Shown here piece by piece: positions 1 through 8,771 of a stretch of DNA of 54,957 nucleotides (its first letter is position 1; every line of letters starts with the position of its first letter). The notes beneath the pieces were generated by a model. The model had not been told where the DNA came from. It saw only the letters and a list, made by a program, of their open reading frames with translations, and ran no database searches. Source of the DNA: an uncultured Phycisphaeraceae bacterium (lineage in GTDB: Bacteria > Planctomycetota > Phycisphaerae > UBA1845); contig CAYOQG010000003.1 of NCBI GenBank assembly GCA_964405925.1, positions 1-54,957 on the forward strand, read 5' to 3'. The translations under genes were made by a program, and so were the position numbers.

Positions 1-2235
1 GTCGATGACGATTGCATGGGTGGTTCTTGCGGCCAGTGGCGGGTGTGTTACGGCGGCGGCTTGGCGGGACAGGTCTGCCGCAACAACAGCGACTGCCCGA
101 GTGGCTCCTGCGTGCAGACCCCGCAGACCTGCCGTGGCGGAGCGAACCAGGGCAACATCTGCGACAGCGATCTCGATTGCCCCGGCGGCGAGTGCCACAA
201 CCCGTTGCTCTATGTGTACGGCATCGAGCAACAGCCCTATATCACAGAGGTTGCGACAGCCACCGTCACTCCCGCAGTAACTGACGTGGCCGTTGAGCTG
301 TTCAATCCATACAACGTTCCCATCGACTTGAGTGAGTACTACCTGGTCCCCGTCAACCTGACCATTGCAGGTTTCGACCCGGGGCTTCCGGCAAATCAGT
401 TTGGGCTCGGGAACATTTTGCTGCCCCCGAACGGGTTCCTGGTGTTCGGGAATCCTCCGGCAGGGACCTTTACCGGGCTACTGGATGTGAACCTGCCGGC
501 AGGTTTCCTGGCCCCGGTCGTAAACGGTGGGATCATCTATCTCATCCGAAAGGTGCCGTATAGCGATTACCCCGGTGGGCCTGTCGAAACCGTCGACGTT
601 GTTGTCGATCAATTCAACCTCAACACGCCGAACATCGCCAACCCATCGGCTCCTGGGCCTCCACCCCCTGCCGCGACGATCTACTCCGTCCAGCGCCGTG
701 TTGTGCAGACTGCCCCGTGGAAAGCCCCTGTTCCAGACGTCGTGGAACTCCCAGCCCAGGCCGGTGTTTCGCCGTCGCTGGGCACCTGGACGCCTGCGGC
801 GCTGGACAACCAAAACGTCAAGCCGGTGGAGGTTAACTTTGCGAATCGGATTGGCTTTGCCACGCAGCGGGATCCGCAGAACCCGCAGATCGTTTACCCC
901 GGCTCTTTCCCCACGACGGGCTCGATGCTGCTGTTGATGCGTCACGCGAACCGATCGCTTGATGACTACCGCCCGCCCAACCCGGCAAGGAGCGACGCCG
1001 GTCTTACCGACTTGGCGTTCACGACCTGGCTGGGCCGCACGATCAACGTCTACTCCCCAACGAATGCCATCCTGGCCACCCTTCCCGAGTGGCAGCAGAT
1101 CGACAACGGCCACATGCCCGTCTTTGATAACCTGGCGGTCGAGCGGTTCGAGTGTGTAGGTGGTGATAATGACCTTCTGCTTTGCCAGGGTGCAAACGTC
1201 GGCACGAACATCGGCTGTCCGAACGGTCTCTGCATGAACGTTCGCCGGTACGCCCACCATATTGATCCAGCCATCACCGACTTAGAGACCCGGGAGTCAA
1301 CGCGGGGCAAGCCGGGCAGCCTCAAGCACTTGCCCTGGGGCCAGCTCGTGTTTGACTACTTCACCGCACTGCCACTGCGCAGTCACGGTCCCTATGGTGA
1401 TCCGGATCCAGATCCTTACGTCGACTTGATGTACTCTGTTCCGCGTGTCGATCAGGACGGTCTGCGTGCTCACGGGCGGATCAACATCAACGCCGCCCCC
1501 TGGAAGGTCCTCGCCGGTGTGCCGATGGTGCCCCCGAACCACCTTCCAGAACCGTTCCAAGCCAACATAAGGTTGTATGCCGGTAACGATCCCGTCTGCG
1601 CGGGTGGACCGAACGCGGGGCAGGTATGCAACACGCACGGTGATTGCCCCAGCAGCCATTGCGTGGCTGTCTCCATCGGGGAGGCCCTCGCACAGGGAAT
1701 CGTCGCCTATCGTGAGGCACGCGGCGAGGGCCCACCGCCCAGGCCGATGCCGCCGAATCCTCCTGTCACCGGCGACTACGGCGAAGACGTCACGGGGCGT
1801 GGGTGGGGTGCTTGGACGCCCGCGTTTCGCCGCGGCACGGGTCTTATGACCATCGGCGAGCTCGCGAATGTCCGGCACGTGAACGCCCAAGCGGCGGGCG
1901 GCGGCAGCCCGTTTTCGTGGTATCGCATGGACAGCGGGATGATAGGCCAGGACTACATCGCTGCCATCGCCCTGCTCGCCTCGCTTTCGGACTGGGTGAC
2001 CGTCCGCTCGGACGTGTTCACGGTCTACGGCACCCTGCGCGGGGAGACAGACGACGAGATTCTCGGAACGAGCCCGTCACTGCAGGACAAGAAACTGGCC
2101 GGAGCCGACGTCGACTCGCGAGCCATCCGGTTCCAGGAGACCATTAACCGTTTGCCGACGTTCCTCGGAGCCCGCAAACCGGTGCGAATCGGCGAGCGCG
2201 TGATTAAGCCGTATCACGACGTTCGGAACGACTGA
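1..2235 (+). CDS. 5'-truncated GspK/PilX-like (type II secretion/pilus minor subunit-like) protein with a lamin-tail-like segment and inserted Cys-rich modules
   Basis: Frame is open from base 1 (VDDDCMGG...). GspK/HhH-like motifs HGRININAAPWKVLAGVP, LAQGIVAYRE, TIGELANV, VTVRSDVFTVY. LTD-like PYITEV...VELFNPYNVPIDLSEY. Repeated CxGGxNxGxxCxxxxDCPxGxC. Confidence 0.6.
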   Translation, partial: VDDDCMGGSCGQWRVCYGGGLAGQVCRNNSDCPSGSCVQTPQTCRGGANQGNICDSDLDCPGGECHNPLLYVYGIEQQPYITEVATATVTPAVTDVAVELFNPYNVPIDLSEYYLVPVNLTIAGFDPGLPANQFGLGNILLPPNGFLVFGNPPAGTFTGLLDVNLPAGFLAPVVNGGIIYLIRKVPYSDYPGGPVETVDVVVDQFNLNTPNIANPSAPGPPPPAATIYSVQRRVVQTAPWKAPVPDVVELPAQAGVSPSLGTWTPAALDNQNVKPVEVNFANRIGFATQRDPQNPQIVYPGSFPTTGSMLLLMRHANRSLDDYRPPNPARSDAGLTDLAFTTWLGRTINVYSPTNAILATLPEWQQIDNGHMPVFDNLAVERFECVGGDNDLLLCQGANVGTNIGCPNGLCMNVRRYAHHIDPAITDLETRESTRGKPGSLKHLPWGQLVFDYFTALPLRSHGPYGDPDPDPYVDLMYSVPRVDQDGLRAHGRININAAPWKVLAGVPMVPPNHLPEPFQANIRLYAGNDPVCAGGPNAGQVCNTHGDCPSSHCVAVSIGEALAQGIVAYREARGEGPPPRPMPPNPPVTGDYGEDVTGRGWGAWTPAFRRGTGLMTIGELANVRHVNAQAAGGGSPFSWYRMDSGMIGQDYIAAIALLASLSDWVTVRSDVFTVYGTLRGETDDEILGTSPSLQDKKLAGADVDSRAIRFQETINRLPTFLGARKPVRIGERVIKPYHDVRND

Positions 2236-2404
2236 GCGACACTGAGCCGCTCTATGGCGTTGCCCCCGGGGATGTTCTCGGCCTTCGATGGCTATTCGCT
2301 GCGATTTCATCATTCGCACGCGTCATGGCGACTCGCATATGACGTCTCGGGCGTCGTCCGGTAATGGCCACCTGGGAATGCGACCTGTTGGGGCCAAATG
2401 AGCG

Positions 2405-2434
2405 TTGGTATCCACCAGACACCACGTATATAAT
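2405..2434 (+). promoter_or_regulatory. Putative sigma70 promoter for the 2566 gene
   Basis: TTGGTA-N18-TATAAT in the intergenic region. Confidence 0.4.
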
Positions 2435-2565
2435 GGCAATGAGCCCTCGGAGGGGGTCGGTGGGGACGCTGCGGCTGTTGTCGCCACCGTGCTTTTTGGT
2501 CATGCCATAGCCTGTGGTTCGGCTGCGTGGGCCCTCTCCATCCACAACATGGGAGTTGAAGTACG

Positions 2566-5500
2566 ATGCGCAAGGACCGGTTTAGCTGTGGGACCGTGAT
2601 CTTCCTGTTCGGTTGCTTCGCGGCTGGGTTTGCTCAGGCAAATGACACCGTAGCGGACGCGCAGGCAAATGCCGAGCGCGAGGTCAGCGAGAGCGTCGCT
2701 CTTGAGACCGTGTCTGACCCCGAGCTTGCCTTCGTCGAGGGGATGACCTGCCTCGACATCGGTGGCTGGGAGGACGTCCGCCCAAGCCAGGCGCCGGAAC
2801 GCTTTCGTGGAAATGTCTATCGCATCAACTACGCGACGAACTTGACCGAAGTCAAGATGGAGTTGCAGATCTCCAACGGGGCTGAGGTGACGCTCGTGTT
2901 CTCCTTCCACCGCGCTCTGTCCGGTGACGGTCTTCAGACGTTTGAGCGTTTTGGCCGGCCGGACATTTCGGCAACGGTTGTTGGAACGGGGCTCCCCAAA
3001 GTGTATTCGCCCGGACCGTTGCCTACTCCGCTGAAGCTCTTGCCGGGATACGACTACCTGCTCGGCGTTTCGTGGTTCTCCACCGCGGTCAGCTTCGGTC
3101 GCGATGAACGTCCCTATCCCCGGTCTTTTCTGCACGGCGATGTCCTCGGTCTTGCGGTGCAGAATGTCGGCCCGCCGATCCCGGATACGTTCGGACCACT
3201 GGCCGTCTTCCAGTCTGGGGCGTATTCGATGGAGCTGTGCTTCGAGCCGGTGGCGGGCGCGTGCTGTCTGTGGACGGACGATCCTGATGACGATGATTGC
3301 GAGCTGCTCCTTGAAAGCCAGTGCACCGAAACTGGCAGCTACTTCCACGGTGAACGGGCCGCTTGCCCGGAAGTGTTCTGTCAGTTCGGTGTGTGTTGTT
3401 TCCCTTGTGGAGAGTGCGCGACAGACTACACACCCGAGACGTGCGAAGCCGAAGGGGGCGTGTGGTTTGGCCCAGGCGCTGAGTGTCCAGGTGATGCCTG
3501 CCCGGTGGTCACGGGTGCGTGCTGTGACGGGGCGTCTTGCACCGAGGTGTGCGTTGACGAATGCGAAGCGATCGGAGGCGAATACCTCGGCCATGGGACG
3601 ACATGTCACCCGAACTACTGCGCCGGGGCATGCTGTATCGTCGACCTCGGCTGTGCTGATCTCACGCAAGATGTCTGTGACCTTGTTGGTGGTTTCGGGG
3701 CATTCAGAGGCTTGGGTACAACCTGTGCCTCGCTCCCAACGGACCCCATCACTGACGAGTGCGGGGGCGCATGTTGCGCAACCTTGCTCGGTCAACCGCG
3801 ATGTATCCAAGTCGAAAGGCGCAGCGAGTGCTCGGAGGAACACGGGCTGACCAATCCCGTCTACATGGGCGACGCTATCATCTGTGACTCGGACCCTGAG
3901 AACCCGACATGCATTCCCGCCCCCTCGTCGGTCGCTTGCTGTATGCCCGACGGGGCATGCGCGGTGGGCACTCTGGACTTCTGCGACGACGCCATGGGAT
4001 TCGCTGTCGCCGGACAAACGACGTGTGACTCGGTGACCTGTGAAACCGTGTGCTGTGACGGCGGCGATTGCACTATGGTACCCGGCGATTTAGATTGTGT
4101 GAATGCCGGTGGTACGGTGAACGTGCTTGCCGATTCCTGTCTGGACGATCCGTGCACGACTCCTACCGGCGCATGTTGCTTTGCTGATCGTAGCTGTGAT
4201 CCTGACGTGACACGCGAGGTCTGCGAAGCGGAACCGGGACGCTTTGAACAAGGACTGACCTGCGTTCGGTGTGAAGAGCTGGGTGCCCTCGGGGCGTGCT
4301 GCCAGCCAAACGGCACGTGCGCCGATCTCGTTACGCAGGAAGAGTGTCGGGCCCTAGGCGGCGCGGACAGCAACTATAATGCAGGGATGTACTGCGACCA
4401 GGTCTCTTGCGCGCGGCGTGGGGCTTGCTGTGACTCGGTGGGCACGTGTTTCTTCATTCTTCCCGAGGATTGCAGCCGTATTCCTGGGGGGGCATATGTG
4501 GGGCCTGGTATTGCCTGTGCGGGCAGCACCTGTCCGACCGGGGCTTGCTGTGAAGAGAACGAATGCATCGAGCGGACCGCCCTCGGATGCGAGGCGTCCG
4601 AAGGCAAGTATCGCGGTGATGGAACTGAGTGCGATGAAACCGTGTTCTGTAGCGAAATCCCCGGAGCCTGTTGCGTCGGTGCCGGTGATTGTGAGGTTCT
4701 GACACCCCAGTGCTGCTTCGACGGTCAGGGTGTGTTTCAAGGACCCCTGAGCCGGTGCAGCCCTGAAGAGTTATGCGATCGGGGTGCTTGCTGTCACTTG
4801 GATGGCACTTGCGGCAGCGCTGTCGTGGTCTCAGAGTGCACGGGAGAACACGACGAGTTTATCCCAGGGGCGTCGTGCGCTGCGTGCGACGATCGCGGGG
4901 CGTGCTGCCTGCCGCACGGGAAATGCGAGAACGCTGTCGTCCAGGAGGACTGTGAGGACCCGGAAGGGCGCAACGGCGTCTACGACGGTGACGGAACGTT
5001 GTGTAGACCCAACTTGTGTGTTACGGGAGCGTGCTGCCTCCTCGACGGGTCGTGTGACGATAGCTTGACACAACAGGCATGTGAAGATGAAGCAGTCGGC
5101 GGCGCCTACCAGGGGCCTGGAACGCCGTGCGCTCCCGGGCTCTGCATCCGAGGAGGCTGCTGTCACCTGGATGGCTCCTGCGACGACTTCGTGGTGGAGT
5201 CCGAATGCATGGAGTTGTATGACGAGTTTGTGGCTGGGTTCGACTGCCGCGATTTCGGATGTCTTGCCGGCGGAGCATGCTGTATCGGTGGCACGTGCGA
5301 GGACAACATGCCCGAGGAGACCTGCGGACTTCAGGGCGGAACCTATACCGTGGACGGGACGCTCTGTACGTCAGACCTTTGCTTGCAAGGGGCATGCTGT
5401 CTACCAAACGAGACCTGTGACGACACGCTGACTCGTCAGTCGTGTGAGGCTGCCGATGGCCTGTATTTGGGAGAAGGGAGCGTCTGCGCGGGCACCGATT

Positions 5501-6444
5501 GTAGGCGGGGCTCCTGTTGCACCCCCGTTGGAGTTTGCACGGACCCGGTAGTCCCATCGCTGTGCGACGTGCCCGAAGACTTCAACCCGGGAAGTTGCGC
5601 ACACTTCCCCTGCGTGGGGCGCGGTGCATGCTGCCTGCCGGACGGTTCCTGCGCCATTCTCACGCGGAAGGCGTGCGTGAGTCAGCTCGGAACGTACGAT
5701 GGAGATGCGACGATTTGCGATCCTGAGGACCTGTGTCTTACCGGTGCCTGCTGCCTTTTGAATGGGAACTGTGCAAGCAAGACCAGACAGCGGTGCGAGC
5801 GTGGTGCGGGAACCTACGTTGGCCCGGACGTGCCGTGTGAGGCGGAAACGTGCGATCTGTGGGTTGCGGGCTCGGTCCCACCCGATTGCGGGATCGACGC
5901 TCGCCAGCCGTCCGAGCCTGACGGCTCCGACACCGCCGTCGCCCAATCGATCACCATCATATTCAACCGCCGAGTCGCCGATCTTCGGCCCGAGGATTTC
6001 ACCGTGGAAGTCTTTCCCGGTCCCGCGACGATACCGGTGGTTCTGCTCGTGACGATCGACGAGGAGGTGGCCACGCTCTACCTCAATCAACCGTTGGTCC
6101 CTCAGAGGTGGACGTGCTTCACGCACACTGATAGCGGTATCCGAACGTGCGTCGGTGTTCTGCCAGCCGATGTAAACGGTGACGGTATGAGCAACGGCGA
6201 CGACGTCGGTGCTTTGATCGACCATCTCAACGGTCTGGCAGACCCGCCTCTTGGGCTCTGGCAGTGCGACACGAACCGAAGTGGGGTGTGCACGCCCGCT
6301 GATCTGTTGCGGGCCATTGACCTGCTCAACGGGGCTGACGTGTACGAACCGGGGTGGATGGATGCAACGTTTGTGGACAATGAGCCCTGCCCGAATCCGC
6401 CGCCAAAGTCCGCAATCAGGGGGCTGTTTCGGACTGGGCGTTGA
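2566..6444 (+). CDS. Large secreted Cys-rich repeat protein (about 21 GACC repeats) with a C-terminal Ig-like plus dockerin-like module
   Basis: 1292 aa ORF with a signal peptide (…FAAGFAQA) and GGGAG RBS. Tandem ~40 aa G[AVGS]CC repeats. C-terminal DVNGDG and DTNRSG EF-hand-like loops. Confidence 0.85.
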   Translation: MRKDRFSCGTVIFLFGCFAAGFAQANDTVADAQANAEREVSESVALETVSDPELAFVEGMTCLDIGGWEDVRPSQAPERFRGNVYRINYATNLTEVKMELQISNGAEVTLVFSFHRALSGDGLQTFERFGRPDISATVVGTGLPKVYSPGPLPTPLKLLPGYDYLLGVSWFSTAVSFGRDERPYPRSFLHGDVLGLAVQNVGPPIPDTFGPLAVFQSGAYSMELCFEPVAGACCLWTDDPDDDDCELLLESQCTETGSYFHGERAACPEVFCQFGVCCFPCGECATDYTPETCEAEGGVWFGPGAECPGDACPVVTGACCDGASCTEVCVDECEAIGGEYLGHGTTCHPNYCAGACCIVDLGCADLTQDVCDLVGGFGAFRGLGTTCASLPTDPITDECGGACCATLLGQPRCIQVERRSECSEEHGLTNPVYMGDAIICDSDPENPTCIPAPSSVACCMPDGACAVGTLDFCDDAMGFAVAGQTTCDSVTCETVCCDGGDCTMVPGDLDCVNAGGTVNVLADSCLDDPCTTPTGACCFADRSCDPDVTREVCEAEPGRFEQGLTCVRCEELGALGACCQPNGTCADLVTQEECRALGGADSNYNAGMYCDQVSCARRGACCDSVGTCFFILPEDCSRIPGGAYVGPGIACAGSTCPTGACCEENECIERTALGCEASEGKYRGDGTECDETVFCSEIPGACCVGAGDCEVLTPQCCFDGQGVFQGPLSRCSPEELCDRGACCHLDGTCGSAVVVSECTGEHDEFIPGASCAACDDRGACCLPHGKCENAVVQEDCEDPEGRNGVYDGDGTLCRPNLCVTGACCLLDGSCDDSLTQQACEDEAVGGAYQGPGTPCAPGLCIRGGCCHLDGSCDDFVVESECMELYDEFVAGFDCRDFGCLAGGACCIGGTCEDNMPEETCGLQGGTYTVDGTLCTSDLCLQGACCLPNETCDDTLTRQSCEAADGLYLGEGSVCAGTDCRRGSCCTPVGVCTDPVVPSLCDVPEDFNPGSCAHFPCVGRGACCLPDGSCAILTRKACVSQLGTYDGDATICDPEDLCLTGACCLLNGNCASKTRQRCERGAGTYVGPDVPCEAETCDLWVAGSVPPDCGIDARQPSEPDGSDTAVAQSITIIFNRRVADLRPEDFTVEVFPGPATIPVVLLVTIDEEVATLYLNQPLVPQRWTCFTHTDSGIRTCVGVLPADVNGDGMSNGDDVGALIDHLNGLADPPLGLWQCDTNRSGVCTPADLLRAIDLLNGADVYEPGWMDATFVDNEPCPNPPPKSAIRGLFRTGR

Positions 6445-6626
6445 CGGGCCCGAGCGCGCAGACGTACGGACTTCTGAAGCATGGTGCTCCCTGGGCGGCT
6501 CCGCCAACCGGTCTCAGTCTTTGTTCGCCTGTGGATCAGCCTGTATTCGCGGTCATATACGTCTCGGCTTGTGAAGCGCGCACATCGATTGTGGCTTAAT
6601 GGGCGAAGGGCAACGGTTGCCACGGG

Positions 6627-7505
6627 CTACCCCGTCAGCGTGGCTTCTGCCTCAGTGACTTGATTGCTTAGGGTGCTACGAACACCGTCGAGCTGCTCTT
6701 GGGTGATGGCGATCGTGTCGAGCAGCTGTTCGGTTAGAGTTTCGTTCTGCGCCGTCAGATGGAACCCGGCTTTCTCCTGGCAGCAGAGGATGTCCGCCAG
6801 CTGGATCAGCGTCGCCATGTTCCTTAGCTCAACGCTCAAGGCCTGGGGGTTGTGATGGAAACCGACGGCAGCCCGCAAGTGTCTGGGGAACTTCCATTTG
6901 GTGGTCAGGCCCACGCCGAAAGCCTGATGGTCAGCCCCAATGATCTGCCGTTCCGTCTCCAGGAAGTTGCGACCGCCGTCAAGACAACGGTTGATCACCT
7001 CGGCAAACTCGTCGGGAAAGGTCTGACGTTCGACGAGCGTACCAATGTCATGAATCAGCCCGGCCACGAACAGCTCGTCGCTCATCACGGGGTGCGGTGA
7101 GATCTTGGCAATACTCCGGGCGGCAACGGCCACGGCTAGGCTGTGTCTCCAAAGGTCGGCGGCAGTGAATTGCTCGGAGATTCGTTTCCCCTTGAACAGT
7201 CGGGCGATGGACGCGGCGATGGCGATGTTCTTGACCGCCGAGAGTCCGAGGAGAATGATCGCCCGGTCCACACTGGCGACCTGCCCAGGCAGCCCATAGA
7301 ACGCCGAGTTCACAACCTTGAGCACTTTGACAGACAAAGCCGGGTCATTCTTGATGACCCCGTGCAGATCCCGGGCTGTGCTTTTGGCATCCTCCACGAT
7401 CTCGATGATCTTGATGGTCACTTCGGGCAGCGTCGCAAGATCGCCGACCGCCGCCAGCGCCTTCTCCACGATCGCCTTCGTGTTATCGGCTGTCTGTACT
7501 GACAT
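6627..7505 (-). CDS. HDOD domain signal-transduction protein
   Basis: LATLPEV, DPALSVKVLKVVNSAFYG, AIILLG, LWRHS, AGLIHDIG, W-x-FP, HH motifs. Confidence 0.93.
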   Translation of the reverse strand: MSVQTADNTKAIVEKALAAVGDLATLPEVTIKIIEIVEDAKSTARDLHGVIKNDPALSVKVLKVVNSAFYGLPGQVASVDRAIILLGLSAVKNIAIAASIARLFKGKRISEQFTAADLWRHSLAVAVAARSIAKISPHPVMSDELFVAGLIHDIGTLVERQTFPDEFAEVINRCLDGGRNFLETERQIIGADHQAFGVGLTTKWKFPRHLRAAVGFHHNPQALSVELRNMATLIQLADILCCQEKAGFHLTAQNETLTEQLLDTIAITQEQLDGVRSTLSNQVTEAEATLTG

Positions 7506-7565
7506 AGCGTGTCCTCAGACTCCTGTCTTGCCGTGCGCGGACCCTCCGGGTGTCCGTCTTCGGCT

Positions 7566-7593
7566 TTATCGTCACCGTGCCTGGACTGCGTTA
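7566..7593 (-). promoter_or_regulatory. Possible sigma28 (FliA)-like promoter for the HDOD gene
   Basis: Minus strand TAAC-N16-GACGATAA versus consensus TAAA-N15/16-GCCGATAA. Confidence 0.3.
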
Positions 7594-8771
7594 GTTCGAC
7601 ACATGATGGGGGTCTGCAACAACCGGTCGGCCTTGGTGCGAAGCCTGTCATCGAGCGGCGTTGTTTCAATGATCTCGGCAATGCGTGGACCGGTACAACC
7701 GTCTCCGTAGGCTGTTGGGGCACCGATTATAGGTCGTTTACGAAGGGCTCGCTCGATCGCATCACGGATCGATGCGCACGACTCGTCGGAGTCAACGATC
7801 GAGCGTGCCGCGCGCTGCCGCCCTTGCTGGCGTGGACCGATATTCACGACCGCGGTGCCTGCGGTGGCGGCTTCGATGATCCCACTCGAAGAATTGCCGA
7901 TCAGTACATCGGCTTCGATGAGCTTGCCCAGATACGTGTCACGGTCCAGCGAGCGGGCAGTGCGGAAGGTAGGCCGGGCAGGTCGGTCCTTGAATGGCTC
8001 GATGGCGTTGATGATCCCCTCATGGCCGCGATCGCTGTTCGGGTAGATGATAGTCCCGCCGAGGCCCGTATCGCGCACGGCGCGGAGAATCGCGTTCATT
8101 ACGCGGTGCTCGTAGGCTGCCGACCGCCCGCATGGATGTTGCAGGATGAGTGCCAGACCTGTGTGATCTCTCTTGCGCACAGGGCTCCTGAGCAACTCCA
8201 TCAGGCGGTCCAGCCCGGGAGCACCGACTTGATGCACGTGGTTGGGATCTTCGCCCATCCGGATGATACGCTGCCTCGAGTCCCGTGTCGCAGCCAGGTG
8301 GACGTGAGCCAGCTTCGTGAGCGCGTGCCGAAGGCTGTCATCAAAGTCACCGGGTGCAATGTCGCCCCCGTGGATGTGTGCCACAAACCGACCGGTGGTG
8401 ACCGCAGCCAGGGCACCGGCCATCGCCTCGATGCGGTCGCCAAGCACCACGACAATGTCCGTCTTGTCCTTTTCGAGGAACTTGGCGATCCCCAACACCC
8501 CACGCGATAATCCCGCAGCCTGGTCTATGGGGTCATCGTTGCCCGTCTGCATTCTGACGCGAGCGTCTATGGGCCATCCGTCACGGATGATCTCGTCCAC
8601 GGTGTGCCCGAACTTTCGGATCAAGTGCATACCGGTGACGATCAACCGTAAGCTCAAACCGCGGCGTCTCCTGATCGCCTCCATCGTCGAGCGAAGCAGC
8701 CCGTACTCCGCCCGCGTACCGGTTACGACGGCGACGCGGCGGACCTGTCGATGACGCGACGCGGCTCTCAT
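7572..8771 (-). CDS. neuC: UDP/GDP-N-acetylglucosamine-type 2-epimerase (hydrolysing), NeuC/LegG family
   Basis: VTGTRAEYGLL, GMHL, LGDRIE, HIHGGD, GNSSSGIIEA, G-x-RQQGR. Start placed at the ATGA overlap with the upstream stop. Confidence 0.92.
   Translation of the reverse strand: MRAASRHRQVRRVAVVTGTRAEYGLLRSTMEAIRRRRGLSLRLIVTGMHLIRKFGHTVDEIIRDGWPIDARVRMQTGNDDPIDQAAGLSRGVLGIAKFLEKDKTDIVVVLGDRIEAMAGALAAVTTGRFVAHIHGGDIAPGDFDDSLRHALTKLAHVHLAATRDSRQRIIRMGEDPNHVHQVGAPGLDRLMELLRSPVRKRDHTGLALILQHPCGRSAAYEHRVMNAILRAVRDTGLGGTIIYPNSDRGHEGIINAIEPFKDRPARPTFRTARSLDRDTYLGKLIEADVLIGNSSSGIIEAATAGTAVVNIGPRQQGRQRAARSIVDSDESCASIRDAIERALRKRPIIGAPTAYGDGCTGPRIAEIIETTPLDDRLRTKADRLLQTPIMCRTNAVQAR

Noticed and set aside
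2500..4017. 505 aa minus-strand ORF (and 5401-6507)
   Set aside because: Antisense shadows of the Cys-rich gene with no motifs; expected in high-GC DNA
3250..5860. Possible CRISPR or DNA tandem repeat (recurring GGxGCxTGCTG)
   Set aside because: This is the codon signature of GACC protein repeats inside an ORF; no identical 23-47 nt repeats with spacers, and no cas genes
7509..8510. 333 aa plus-strand ORF
   Set aside because: Antisense to the clear neuC gene
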